Notes under the pieces: generated by a model
Seen by the model: the letters and a program-made list of their open reading frames with translations, nothing else
The model's database searches: none
Told to the model about the DNA's origin: nothing
Origin: Hydrolagus affinis
Lineage: Eukaryota
DNA length: 64,000 nt
Reading direction: 5' to 3'
Assembly: GCA_012026655.1 (NCBI GenBank)
Contig: JAAILG010000233.1
Location: 1-64,000 of the forward strand
Position numbers and translations under genes: made by a program
Shown here: positions 26,181 to 37,770 of the stretch, one piece after another
Layout of the letters: each line of letters starts with the position of its first letter
Numbering within the stretch: the stretch's first letter is position 1

Positions 26181-27039
26181 GGAGAGTAATTAAAAAAAAG
26201 TAGTTCAATCACAAAATGAATCAGATGAGCACTGCTTTTAACCATGAGTAGCTGCACTGGGGAGAAACACAGTGTAAAACATTGCACTTTTTGCACAAAT
26301 GGGAGGTGATAATATTTCTTCTTTCTATAGATTTAATAGTGAAAGATTTCCCAGTAAAATGGTTTGGATGGGCCATGTTATTCAAGGGATCCAATATTGG
26401 GTACTGAGTACAAATCAGTACTCTAGTATGCGTTCTTTCTGGGAAACTTTTAGTGTGACCTTTACATAAATCCCAACTTGAATTGTTTACCAACAGGAAT
26501 TCCTTGTGTTCGGCAAAACCTGATGAAGTGGCATTGCTTCAAATTTGAGTTAACTTGTTATACCAAGTTCAAGCACATTTTTATTCATTCAGAAGTGATT
26601 TGTGTGAAACGCAGCTTTAACCTTACCACTGAATACTCTATTGAAGCCCGACAAGTCCCTGGATAATGCTTCAATCACTGGGAAATATATTTAACCATTT
26701 TGCTTTCGGTTAATAGTTGTCAACACTTTTTGAACCTGTGTAACAAATGAAACATCTTATATAAGCCAGGTTACATGCACAGTACGTCCTGTTGTTCACC
26801 TCATGAAACTTTAAAAAAAAAAAATCTGTACTCCTCAATTTTTGAATCTACCAATAACTGAGGAAAACTTCATACCATGTAATAATGGGTAAAGGTCATG
26901 ATGTATAAAGCACCTGCCTCTATTTGAAAGAGGAGGATTAGAGTGAAAACAAATTGAAAGTGGACGTAGCCGCCCAGTATTTCTCATAATGAACGCTTTT
27001 AAAACATTGAAAACTGAATCCTGAAAATGTAACAAAAAT

Positions 27040-28140
27040 AAAGGAAGTCTCGGCTCCAATTTGATATTAATTTTTAAAAGGAAAACGCCCTGATAAATAC
27101 ATGCATTGCAGAACCAAAAGATGATTTGCTCGGTAGCAGTGAGTAGGGCAAACCAGATGCTGGATTATATTAACGGGACAATATCGACAATATCTGCCAC
27201 TTTATAAATCACTGGTGCTACAGCGCTTGAAATACTGTGTGCAGTTTGGGTCACCGCGATATAAAAAGGATATTGTAGCGATTGAATGGATATAGAGGCG
27301 GGCAACCAATAGGATTGAGCTGATGAAGGGACTGGACTACAAAGAGCGATTAGATTAACTGGACATGTTCACGCTGGAGAAGACAATCTTGAGGGGCTGT
27401 CACGATTACCCTATTCTTGCAATCCGTAGTAATGTGTAAATAATATACAGTACTGTATATAATATTATTTAAGAGAAATGGGGAGGCCCGCCCCTTTAAA
27501 TGGATTCTGTTGCAGAAGCTGCTTGCATAAAACTTAGCAAATCAGAGTACATCTGAGGTACACGAGTTACAACAATGTATAGGCCCAATGCTGTTTGATA
27601 ACAGTCAGTTAACAAGCAGTCTGGAGAGTAAAATAAAACGCCTGCTCCGGTGCGGGGAAAAAAGCCCTTACATTCGCATTGTACTGTTGGTGGAACCACA
27701 CGCCTACAGAAGGCAATGCTCATCATGGTCGCTAAATAATGTTTGTTATTCGGTGCTTACTGACGTGCACAGGACTACTGTACCATCGAGTTGATTTAAA
27801 TCTATTTTACTAACGTAGTATTGTGCTGCAAGTTGATACAGTTATGTTGATCTCATTGCTTAAAGTGTTGTGTTCCTTATATGCAAGGTAGCCTAGGGTT
27901 GCTGGATCTTCACAAAGAGCTGTTTCTATTGAATGTATCGTCATGTTTCTGTAATATTCTCAAACAAGAAAAGGAGTGAGCATTTTGGAGTTGCAAAAAC
28001 AAATGAGATAGATTTCTGCTAGAAAATACTATCTCGGGATACAGTTTCTGACTACAAATATCAAGCGACTGCCAGGATGGTGGAAGGTGAACTGGATGGA
28101 CCTTGGTCTGCTTTTGCCAAACAAAACTCTATTGTTCTTA
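27040..28140 (+). mobile_element. CR1 LINE 3' portion interrupted by an insertion
   Basis: AVSRANQML...[37 protein letters not shown]...GLDYKERL..LDMFTLEK..LRG; CR1-type 3'UTR ggtgaactggatggaccttggtc at about 28086. Confidence 0.85.
27398..27708 (+). mobile_element. Candidate solo LTR nested in CR1
   Basis: Begins TGTCACG and ends CCTACA; AATAAA at 27632; splits the CR1 motif LRG|(D)LIxVxK; flanks ggggc / gaaggc form an imperfect TSD. Confidence 0.5.
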
Positions 28141-28439
28141 TTTGATTCCTGGCTGAGGGTTTAGAAATAAACACTATTTTGAGTTAAATAATGAAGACAT
28201 AGCACGATTATCAGCAGCTTTCTTATTACAGTATCAATTCTTTAGAACACCGCAAAACCAATTGAAATATAAGTTGATATAAATTGTACAACTTGTACAA
28301 TTGTGGAAGTTAATTTGTTTAATTGTGTTCAGTTTTTGGCTGTTTTACTCAATTTTCTCTTCCTTTTTTAACTTACCTTATCTTTTTTGTTTAAACTAAT
28401 CTATCAAGAATATACAAACAAGCTGAGAATTGTTGAGAG

Positions 28440-28824
28440 AGCCAGTCAGCCTGGCACATTGACAGCACTTGAAGGATCAGAGTAGTCACTGGGGTCAGGG
28501 ATTGTTCCCACTGAGCTCTTGTTAACCCTGCAAACTAAAGCTCGAGCATGTAGGGTAGTCTTAGCTAGAGAAGCAGCAGGAACTTTGCCAGAGGATATTC
28601 ACAATGGCTGGCTATAACAGCTTTAGCTGCTTAAACTCCAGTTATACACCAATACACAATTTGAGGTCCCAAGTTTACTCTTACCCACATGCACCTTAGC
28701 AGGTTCTAGAATGAGGTCAGGAGGGTGCCTCCCTCTGGAGAGAGTGAACGTTCCATTCTAGACAAAAGGAAACGTTGATGTGTAGATGGCATACTTCGAA
28801 CTCTCAGTTTGGTTTGGATACTCT
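28440..28824 (+). repeat. Unclassified dispersed repeat, copy A (longest)
   Basis: Colinear similarity to 37481-37770 and to 20970-21073. Confidence 0.75.
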
Positions 28825-28829
28825 TACTG

Positions 28830-28892
28830 CAACAACAAAATTACATTTGTAGAGTGCCTTTCACGTTGAGAGGACATCTCAAGGCATTGAAG
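28830..28892 (-). mobile_element. L2 3' tail (type B)
   Basis: caacaacaaaattacatttgtagagtgcctttcacgttgagaggacatctcaaggc. Confidence 0.8.
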
Positions 28893-30085
28893 CATGTTGA
28901 TGAATACCACATGTACCAGACAACTGGTTAATTGAGAAAAAAGAAGATGTTTTCTACTCCCTCTTATTTTGTATTCCTCACCCATATACATTTTAAATAT
29001 ACATTATTTCTTCCCTTGAATCTTTCATCCAGTGCTTTGTGCCATTCATGTCTGGGTATCATAGCTGTAACCGAATCAATCTTTTCTAATTTTATTGTGC
29101 AAAAACTTGGTAGAAAGTGCATTACTGGTTCCCAGACTCAAATGGTACCTAGATAAATAAACTAATCAACATGTTGGAAGGTTTAAGAATAGGTATGATG
29201 GGATCAGGTCCTGCTTAAAATCCAATATTTTTCCATGCACAACCTATTTCTATTCAATGCACTCTGAAATGCCAATGGTTAAGGTCAAACTCCAGTAAAG
29301 ATCAGAAATGTCAGAGCAGATTCAAGCCTACGATTATTGAATTCACTGTCCTTCTCTAAGACTTTGACGCTAATATTTTCAAAACAAAACACAGTTGATA
29401 TTTGTTCTAAGATTTGTGCTAATAAAGTGTTCAAGCAAATTATGGGTCAACCATTTTTCTTCATTTTCAATATTTCTACCGATCAAATGGCCTTTATCAA
29501 TCTTATCATGCGGCCAATACCAAATTACTCTTTTAGATGGTAGTTTGGTATTTTCATATTTGTGTGTACTTTTGACCAGAAAAATGGCTTGTAAATCACT
29601 GCCTTAATTTTAATATTCTTGTCCCTTGGAAGATTGATCCACTTTTAAACTGAATGCTAATATAACAAGAAAATGATATCAAACGTCATTTACAATTTGT
29701 TGAAGGATACATCACCCAAAAGAACAGATTCTAATAAAGTGAAAGGGGATTATTTATATTCAATTCCTTGATTTCTAAATTGGCATTGAACTATAACTAA
29801 TATATTTGCCATTCCATTTTATTTACGCTCAGATAGGACAATGATTGAGATTAGTAAAATACTACATTATATGCACAGTAATAGGCGAGACAACATGCTT
29901 GCATCAGCAAAGGCTTTGAAACACTGACTATAGGCCAAAGCTGAATTGCTCTGTATGTCAGGCTACTTTCTCTAGGGTTACTCTGTATGATATGCAGCCT
30001 GCAGCACCTGCCAGCAAAGAGAGCTTGGAGCTGAGAGGGCAGCTTGCCTACTGTTGCAGTCCCTGGCGCGGTTAATCACACTCTC

Positions 30086-30249
30086 NNNNNNNNNNNNNNN
30101 NNNNNNNNNNNNNNNNNNNNNNNNNNNNNNNNNNNNNNNNNNNNNNNNNNNNNNNNNNNNNNNNNNNNNNNNNNNNNNNNNNNNNNNNNNNNNNNNNNNN
30201 NNNNNNNNNNNNNNNNNNNNNNNNNNNNNNNNNNNNNNNNNNNNNNNNN
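30086..30249. other. Assembly gap
   Basis: Run of N. Confidence 1.
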
Positions 30250-30970
30250 CTTCATTTGCTGCTATTGTTTGTGGAAATTCAATTATTAAATATTATTAAG
30301 CTCACACTTTCTTCTATTTTCCAAGGCTTCGTTTCATTTGATTTTTTTTACTCCAGCTGCTCTTCTGCCTTTATGTGCCAAAAATGTCCTCATCAAAGCA
30401 GCTCTGGCATGTGACGACGAAATAAAATAAACTCAATTTAATAATTCTGATGTTCAGCCCTTGTCCTCAGCTGCTTGCTCAAAGCAACACAGGGAGAAAA
30501 GCAGAGCGCATTCAGTTTAATGAGCAGAAATTGAATTCAAGTTTGTTCAGAATTGACTTCAATTAAGCAGAGCCTTAATGATAAATTAATCTCCTTCTTT
30601 ATTCACCAGAATTTGTTTTTCAAAGACAATGATTGGACTGCAATGGAACAACCCAATGAAGGGTTCAATGCTAGTTGACTAGATAAGAGAATTGATAGGA
30701 AGATAAATCTGTCAAGGTTAGAAGTTCAGACAAAGCAGCAGTAATTCTATTACACTAGATCCTGATTTACCATTCATTTTCAGACAGCAAATACATTTTT
30801 AATTTTAAACATTGTTAAAACGATGGTTGAAATTAAATTAAGCCTGCAGTGAATTCTGCTACAGCACTGTCCAATCTTCATCTTTATTATAGAGTTCTAG
30901 TTTGAACAAATAATTCTATTTTCAAAGGGTTTTGAAAACCTGATGATTTTAATGTATCTATGCTGACAAA

Positions 30971-31030
30971 ATGTGAAAATTTTGTGAAATAAATTTTGTG
31001 AAATAGCATGTGAAATAGCATGTGAAAATT
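30971..31030 (+). repeat. Short tandem repeat with a tgtgaaa core
   Basis: Five tgtgaaa units spaced 11-14 bp apart. Confidence 0.75.
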
Positions 31031-33579
31031 ACTACATCTAATCCTTTAAGGTAACACTCTGTAAAACTTCACCTCCACTTATAAGGACATAAAAAAAAGC
31101 TTATAAATCTGGTATCAACCACGATTTACGACAACTGACTGCTTGCAAACTAAATGCAGTGGTGATCAGTGATCCCTCACCATGTTATTTTAAACTATTA
31201 TGCATTGAACTCTGCATAAAGCAATCATTTTCTGAACACAACAAAAGCAGACTTATCACATCAATAAGTTGTAATCAATGGACTAATGTCTTTATTGGGA
31301 CATTATATTTGTACCTCCTTGGGGTGAGTTACGGAGCAGCATTGAACAAGAGATTTTGAGATTCACTTATCTATACGTTTCTCAATTCAATTATGCTGTA
31401 TAACCTAGGGAGAACTGAAGACTAATGTAGAATTCCAATTGATTTGTTTACAAGCCATGGAGTGGGGGGGAAAAATGTAAGCTTTAAGTATACGGGAAGT
31501 TACCTATTTCTATGTAGTATTTTTGCTCTTATTTAGGTTATGGGGTAATTGATTGGGAATGGTTGTGGGAAGAAAAGTAGAATTCTAATTAAATATTGTA
31601 CAATCTTGGATACTGCACAGTTGTCAGTGAACCAATTAAGAGCACGAAGACTGATTTATATTTCCCACTCCCAAATCACATATTGCCGAGTTTAAATGGA
31701 GCTTTGCAAATGTTAAATTGAATGCAACTGGTTCAAAAATAGCATTACAACTACAGTAATTTAGACCTCTAAAAGTACTAGGGCTGTCCCAAGTACAGGA
31801 TGAACTAAGCATCAATTTCTCTTTGCCACAATGGTTTATGGATTCAAATTTCTGCTAAGAAACAGCCGAGGAACAAAAGTTTTGTGTTTCCCACTGATGC
31901 GTCATCGGGAGTATGCCCTCCAACTGCCCAGAATGATGTCAATGTCATGCAATAAGAGCTTTATGCTTTCCAATTAACAGGAACTGTAATGCATAAAAAG
32001 AAGATGGCTGAGAAATACTTTTCTTTAAGTGATTAAGGCTGAATTTTCCCCCCATTTATAATTAATTGGGAAAAGTCTCACTCTAAACCTTAGAGGTCTA
32101 CTCCAGGATAATATTCTATACTGATGCAAAAACGTCACCTGCAAATACATAGCGCTGCATTTTTTAGATAATTAATTTGCTTGAATTTATAATTATTTTG
32201 CTAACTGTACTCTCCTTATAAATAATGTTTTAAAACGTAGTGACTTGTCGCTGGCCTCCGATTTGGAATTGCTATGGTCATGCTGAGTCTCTTTTCTAAG
32301 TTAGCTGGAGCACTGAGGCATGACATTCGCAATGCACAGCCTACACCTAAGTGTGTTTTAATATCAGGATTGTGAAGGATGATTTCTTTTAGTTCTAAAA
32401 GCTATGGTGGGAAACTATCACAGCAATGTTGTGGGTTGGAGCATTGTCATGCACATGTGGTACCGGAAAGTAGAACACAAGCTTGATTGCCCACTCTGCT
32501 ATGTTCTCAATCTGCATTGGAAAAGCACCAAAGCCATGATGTGTGGAGACATCATCCCTGAAGGCTCCCAGTCTTCTGAGAATGGGGAATTGGTACAAAA
32601 ACTGCAGCTTTGATCGAGTAACTAGTTATAGCTTAATACTTTCTTAAAGTCTATTTTAAGCCCAAAATAAGTTAGACCATTTAAAAGAAACCATGTGGCG
32701 ATGTTTTTCTTGTAGTCAAACCATTAGGATAAGCTCATTATGGAGCTCTAAATCTAAAATCCCCCTCAGCGCAGAATTTTTTTATTAGGGTTGAGATTCC
32801 ATTAGGCTTATTAACAGTAGAAATTATGATTGAAAATGTTTAAACAAACACCATTAACACATCTCATTAATAATGGACCAAATAGCATTCTTTTTCAATG
32901 TGTTGACTTATATATGATGTGCTGACATGTTTTGCACCTGTGTGATGATGTATCTGGTGTTCTGGTCAAGGTAATTTACATTGAGGCATTTTTGTATTTT
33001 CCATTCACGTGCTGCAGTTAAAAGTGCTGCAAATGACATTATAATGTATGGAAATTAGCCACAGGGAGCTCTAAACAGGTGGTGTCAAGAACAAGGCCCA
33101 CAGAATGCTGCGCCGTTAAAAAGAGTGGTAGTAGGCCATTAAGCTCTGTGTCCAGAGGGAGGAGGAAGGCTCATTAGTGGGAGAGACACAAAGGTTCTGC
33201 TGGCAGATGTAATATGGTACATGGCCAAGGTCTCAGGAACTGGTGTACAATATCCCAAATCAGAGTGAAGTGCCCTGAAAGACATGGGTAGAGATTGACC
33301 AATTCATGTATATTAGTTCAGAAGTGGAGCAGGAAATTAAAGAGTTGCTGGAAATGATTTCAAACAGAGGGAGAACATGAAACCTTTGACATTAAAAAGG
33401 GCCTGTTCAAAACTAGTTAGCACAAACATGATCCATAAGCTGTACGCTTTAGAAAGAACAGTTCAGGACATGTGTATTGACGACCTTGACACATCTGTCA
33501 GTTTTGAACCTACACTGTCCTCCCTTCAGCAATCCACAATTAAAAGGAGAGTGAGGAATACCAGAGCCATAGTCTGAGA

Positions 33580-33850
33580 AGAGTGATGAGATGTAACCCA
33601 AGTCTAATCTGCCTCGTCGAATAGATATTAAAAATCCTACACCACTATTTCAAAGAGGAGTGGGGAGTTCTCCTGATTTCCTGGCTAATTTCCTTTTGTT
33701 AAATCACTAAAAATCACTTTAATTTGTCGTTCAACTTATTGGTACTTGTGAGATGTTATTGGCACATGTTGACAGTTATTTATTCTGGAAATAACACTCT
33801 ATACATTTACAAAAGCAGCTTACTGTGTAAAATGCTTTGAGATGTTTATA
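33580..33850 (+). mobile_element. Old Deu-domain SINE (SacSINE1-like)
   Basis: gatgagatgtaaccc...aaaatcctacaccactatttcaaagaggagtggggagttctcctg...cctggctaat...gtaaaatgctttgagatg. Confidence 0.65.
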
Positions 33851-34220
33851 TGTAACAAAAACTGAAATCAAAATACAAGTACTATTTTAGTAAAGAAGGA
33901 GGTCATTTGCGCCATCAAGCCTAAATTGGTACCTGCTCTTTCTGATCTAGCAAATACTGTTAGCAAAACCATTAATGTAATGGGACAAAGCAGTAGGTGA
34001 AGCAAAGAGGTAGGGGGGATCAGGGAGGTAATCAGGTCATCATAAAGAGGATTAGAAAGATTACTCAGTGAACATAAGGGAAACAGAAAATACCAATAGT
34101 CACCAGAAACCACAACATCCTCCACAGCTTTGAGATATCCAATTGTAACTACTTAATGACCAATGATTTCTGTGAATTACTTTACAATTCTCACCTACCA
34201 GTGGATAAAGAAATCACTTT

Positions 34221-34530
34221 GAGTCCTGTAGCTCAAAGGTTAGAGCACTCGCCTTACAAGCAAGAGACCTGGGTTTGATTCCTGGGAGGGCGAAACCTTG
34301 GGCAAGTTTCCTTACTCCACATGCCTGATAATAATCACTCAAAAAACCAACAATGAATTGTCATTCCAATCCACGACTGTTCGTGGGACGCTGCTGTGCA
34401 CAATTGGCTGCTGCATTTTGCTCAATAAATAAATTCAATTCACTTTGTAGTATATTCTGTGAAACACTTTGAGACATCTAGAAGACATGAAAAGCGCTAT
34501 ATCAAATGCAAGGATTATTATCATTATCAT
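34221..34530 (+). mobile_element. Full-length tRNA-derived SINE with (ATT)n tail
   Basis: A box tagctcaaagg; B box ggtttgattcc; anticodon-like arm ctcgc-cttacaa-gcaag; colinear with 7756-8060. Confidence 0.92.
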
Positions 34531-34609
34531 GTTTTTCAATGAATGCTGTACCAATAGAGGCTACTGCGCTTAATATATTTGTTGTTTACTTAGTTTTTGA
34601 TTACTTAGT

Positions 34610-34890
34610 ATTGAAGCCAGAGAGTTGAGGGTTCAACCCCTGAGTTGGACCTTGAGCTTTGCTGACACTTCAGTCCAGCGCTGGGAGTGTCACATTGTTG
34701 GAGGTGCAGACTTTCAGATGAGACATTACACCAAGGTCCGTTCCTGTTGGTCTTGAACGTTTCAGATCCCCTGACATTACTTGAAGAACAAGGAAGTTTC
34801 TTGTAGAATTCTGGCAGACAACACTCCACATCAATTGATCATTCACCTCAAGGCCATTTGCTGTATCTTGCAAATGACTGCCACATTTCT
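34610..34890 (+). mobile_element. Deu-domain SINE (SacSINE1/AmnSINE1 superfamily)
   Basis: gggttcaacccc...gctgacacttcagt...ttggaggtgcagactttcagatgagacattacaccaaggtcc...caaatgactgccacatttc. Confidence 0.7.
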
Positions 34891-35478
34891 GATCTCTTCA
34901 TATTCTTTGAGGATAGAGAAATAAGTCTAATATTTCTGCCTATAGCTTTGTGCTTAATGTGCTACTGATACTCTCCCTGAACTATTTAATTAATTAACCG
35001 CCCTTGCACATTTTGTTTATTAGTTGAACAGACACTTGCATGATTCTATCAAAACATAGACATTAAAGACAGTGGAAACCAATATTAATTATGAACAAGG
35101 TGTTTAGTGTAATGAAATGTTTAGTTTTCTCGATGGATCATGCTGAGAAAAGTATATATTTGAAAATAACTGTTGCATTGTTTAAATCAGTATTGCAAAG
35201 GTGCCTGAAACAGTAAATTAAACTTCTTTGTGTAGAAATAAATTGTAGGTTAGTGCCTTCATAAAACTAATTAACTACATCTGGCATAAAGGTCTTTGCT
35301 AGATTTCATGTTACATTAACATAATACTGTACATACAAATTGTGTAGCAATAAGATTAATTTAATGGATCCTATTTACTTTTGGGTGGAAAATTGCAGTT
35401 CTGTGGCAGCAAGGTAAACATGTGGTTCAGTCCTGTGGAACCATGGTAGTTTTCCTGTACTGGATCATAGTGTGGCAT

Positions 35479-35660
35479 TAATAATAATAATAAGCTTTGC
35501 ATTTAATATAGAGCCTTATCACGCCTTTGGGACGTCTCATAGAGCTTCACGAAATACACTGTAAAGTGAATTGAATGTATTTTATGGGTGAAATGCGGCA
35601 GCCAATTGTGCACAGTAGTGCCCCGCAAACAGTCGTGGATTGAAGTGACCAATTTTTTTT
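35479..35660 (-). mobile_element. tRNA-SINE family, 5'-truncated copy
   Basis: (aat)n...gcggcagccaattgtgcacagtagtgccccgcaaacagtcgtggattgaagtgacc. Confidence 0.85.
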
Positions 35661-36691
35661 AAATGTTGAAGAAAAAATACGTTGCAAAAATACTTGATTT
35701 CACTGCAATAACGTAATTTAAAAATTAACCTCTGCTGCCTAAAGTACAGGACTTGAAGCTGAAGAACGGGCTCATACAATCTTTTAATGTTTAACCCATA
35801 CTTCATAAAGAAGCCGTAAAGCCTGATTATTGGAGAAATATAATTTGTGAGGATTTCAGTCACATCTATTTTGTAAGTGTTTTTTTTCCTCCTTTTTGTC
35901 ATAATGCTAACAGTTAACGGACAACTGAAGTGGAGCAGGTACATGTGTCACCAATTGAATGAAAGAGACTGACAAAAATCCATTAGTGTACAAAGAAAGA
36001 CAAAAGGAGAAATTCTATCACTAGTGGATGAGTCGTTCCAATTCCCCAAGCCCTCTATTAGTCTGACAGCCAAGAGGCTGTGCTATTAATCCAAAGGTCA
36101 TGCAGTACAGTTTTAGCTAGATTTACTTTATTGGAAATGCAATAGGAAATTATATATAGTGTCAGGGTTACAGAACCTAAAAGATGACACTTCTAAAACT
36201 ATGGTAAATGGTACAAGGCTGTGGGTGATAATTTTGTCTGTCTGACATAGCAAGTGAATGCATGCAACCTATGATCAAACAGTAATTAAATTATAATGTG
36301 AAAGCACATGGAAAGTACATGTATTTTGAATGATGGGTGTTTAGAACTTCAAACAAAAATACGTTTGTGTGGTGGTGAATAAAACAAATTCATTTTAACA
36401 GCCTAGCTGGTGGAAAATAGGGCTTTCTGTATTTGAAATACCAATACAGAGCCAGTGCAATTGAATAAGACAAATTAATGTGCTTTTTAATAGCTCTTAA
36501 TGTTTTCTGACTCCAGTTATGTACTGTGAGCATGTATGTAGTGAAAACTATAGGAATTTGTATTTATCCATTTGAAAATTGATTCCAGTCCAATTGTCCA
36601 ATTTGTATCTCCAAGTAGAAAAAGTTTTAAAATTCAGGATAAAATAAGCATCAGATAACAAAATATCTACAGTATAAGGATCTATCCCAGT

Positions 36692-36745
36692 ACCTTGGGA
36701 CATCCTTCCGACGCAAAGAGCGCTGTAAAAATGTAATTTCTTGTA
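36692..36745 (+). mobile_element. L2 3' tail (type B)
   Basis: ccttgggacatccttccgacgcaaagagcgctgtaaaaatgtaattt. Confidence 0.65.
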
Positions 36746-36790
36746 GGCTATTTTAGAGAAAATAGGACGGAGTTTAACAAAATCAAAACA

Positions 36791-36890
36791 CTAATGATGA
36801 AAGGTAATGGACCCAAAACTTTGACCCACTTTCCTTTCTCCATATATCATGCCTGACCTGCTAAACGTTCCCAGCAATCTCTGTTGTTGA
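36791..36890 (+). mobile_element. Penelope-like terminal-repeat relic
   Basis: tgatgaaaggtaatggacccaaaact...gcctgacctgctaaacgttcccagca resembles a recalled chondrichthyan Penelope-derived repeat (ctgatgaa...gaaacgt...gacctgctgag...tccagca). Confidence 0.45.
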
Positions 36891-37480
36891 GACCACATGT
36901 AAGATGGAGTTACAGTTAAATCATATTACAGTACGAAGCTCAACAACAGTTGTGGGAGTTGGAAACTCCCCGGAAACGTATAATTATGTGAAACCAAACC
37001 AATGAGAGTCCCAAATATTTTGTACTGAAATAACGGGAATGGTATAAACAATCTAATTAATAGTGGATTGTGGTCTATGGTAACTACATTCAGAATTTCT
37101 TAGTAATAAATGTATTTCATTTTGACCTGTATCCAGTGGTGATGAAGACACGTTCTGAAAATTGGGAATGAATTTTACAATTGATTTCCCATCTCTACCA
37201 TTGGTATAAATCAATACTGGCCATTTTCAATTCCAATATAGTTATTTCATTAGCAGTACAGTACTTCTCAATTCAAGTTTTTGGTTTACTATTTCCTCCT
37301 CTAAGCATTCTCCTTCGCCTGAGAACATAAGTTAAAGACAAAACACAAAATACTAAATAAGTTAAAGACTGTCTCCTCGCTCCTCCCAGATGCCTGGGTA
37401 TTCACATGAATCAAATGGCTTTTGAAACTATCAATTGGTGACTATAAACAGTATACTCCAAGGCAGTGCTGATGACAACA

Positions 37481-37770
37481 CAGCCACACTGGCTCATCAG
37501 TAAGATTTGGAAGGGCAGAACAGCCCTAGGGGAGGCACATTTTGCACTTGGCTCGCATTAACCATACAAGCCAAAGCTCTAATGGGAAGGGTGGTCCTAG
37601 CTGGACAAGCAGTGGGAAAGTTTGCCAGGTGATGCCCTCAATAGCAAGCTATGAGGTTTCAGCGGTTTAAATTTCAATAGTACCCCAATCTATCCCAATG
37701 CACACTTTGGGGTCCCCAGACCTTGCCCGTTACCAACCTGCAGCTATTACTTTCCAGAATAGGTAATCAG
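37481..37770 (+). repeat. Unclassified dispersed repeat, copy B
   Basis: aaagctc...agggtggtcctagctggacaagcagtgggaaagtttgccagg...ttggggtcccc matches 28443-28710. Confidence 0.75.

Noticed and set aside
30044-30299. ORFs spanning N runs (also 60575-60856)
   Set aside because: Artefacts of translating assembly gaps
30971-31030. CRISPR-like or other short repeat array
   Set aside because: Simple slippage repeat with no unique spacers, in a vertebrate context
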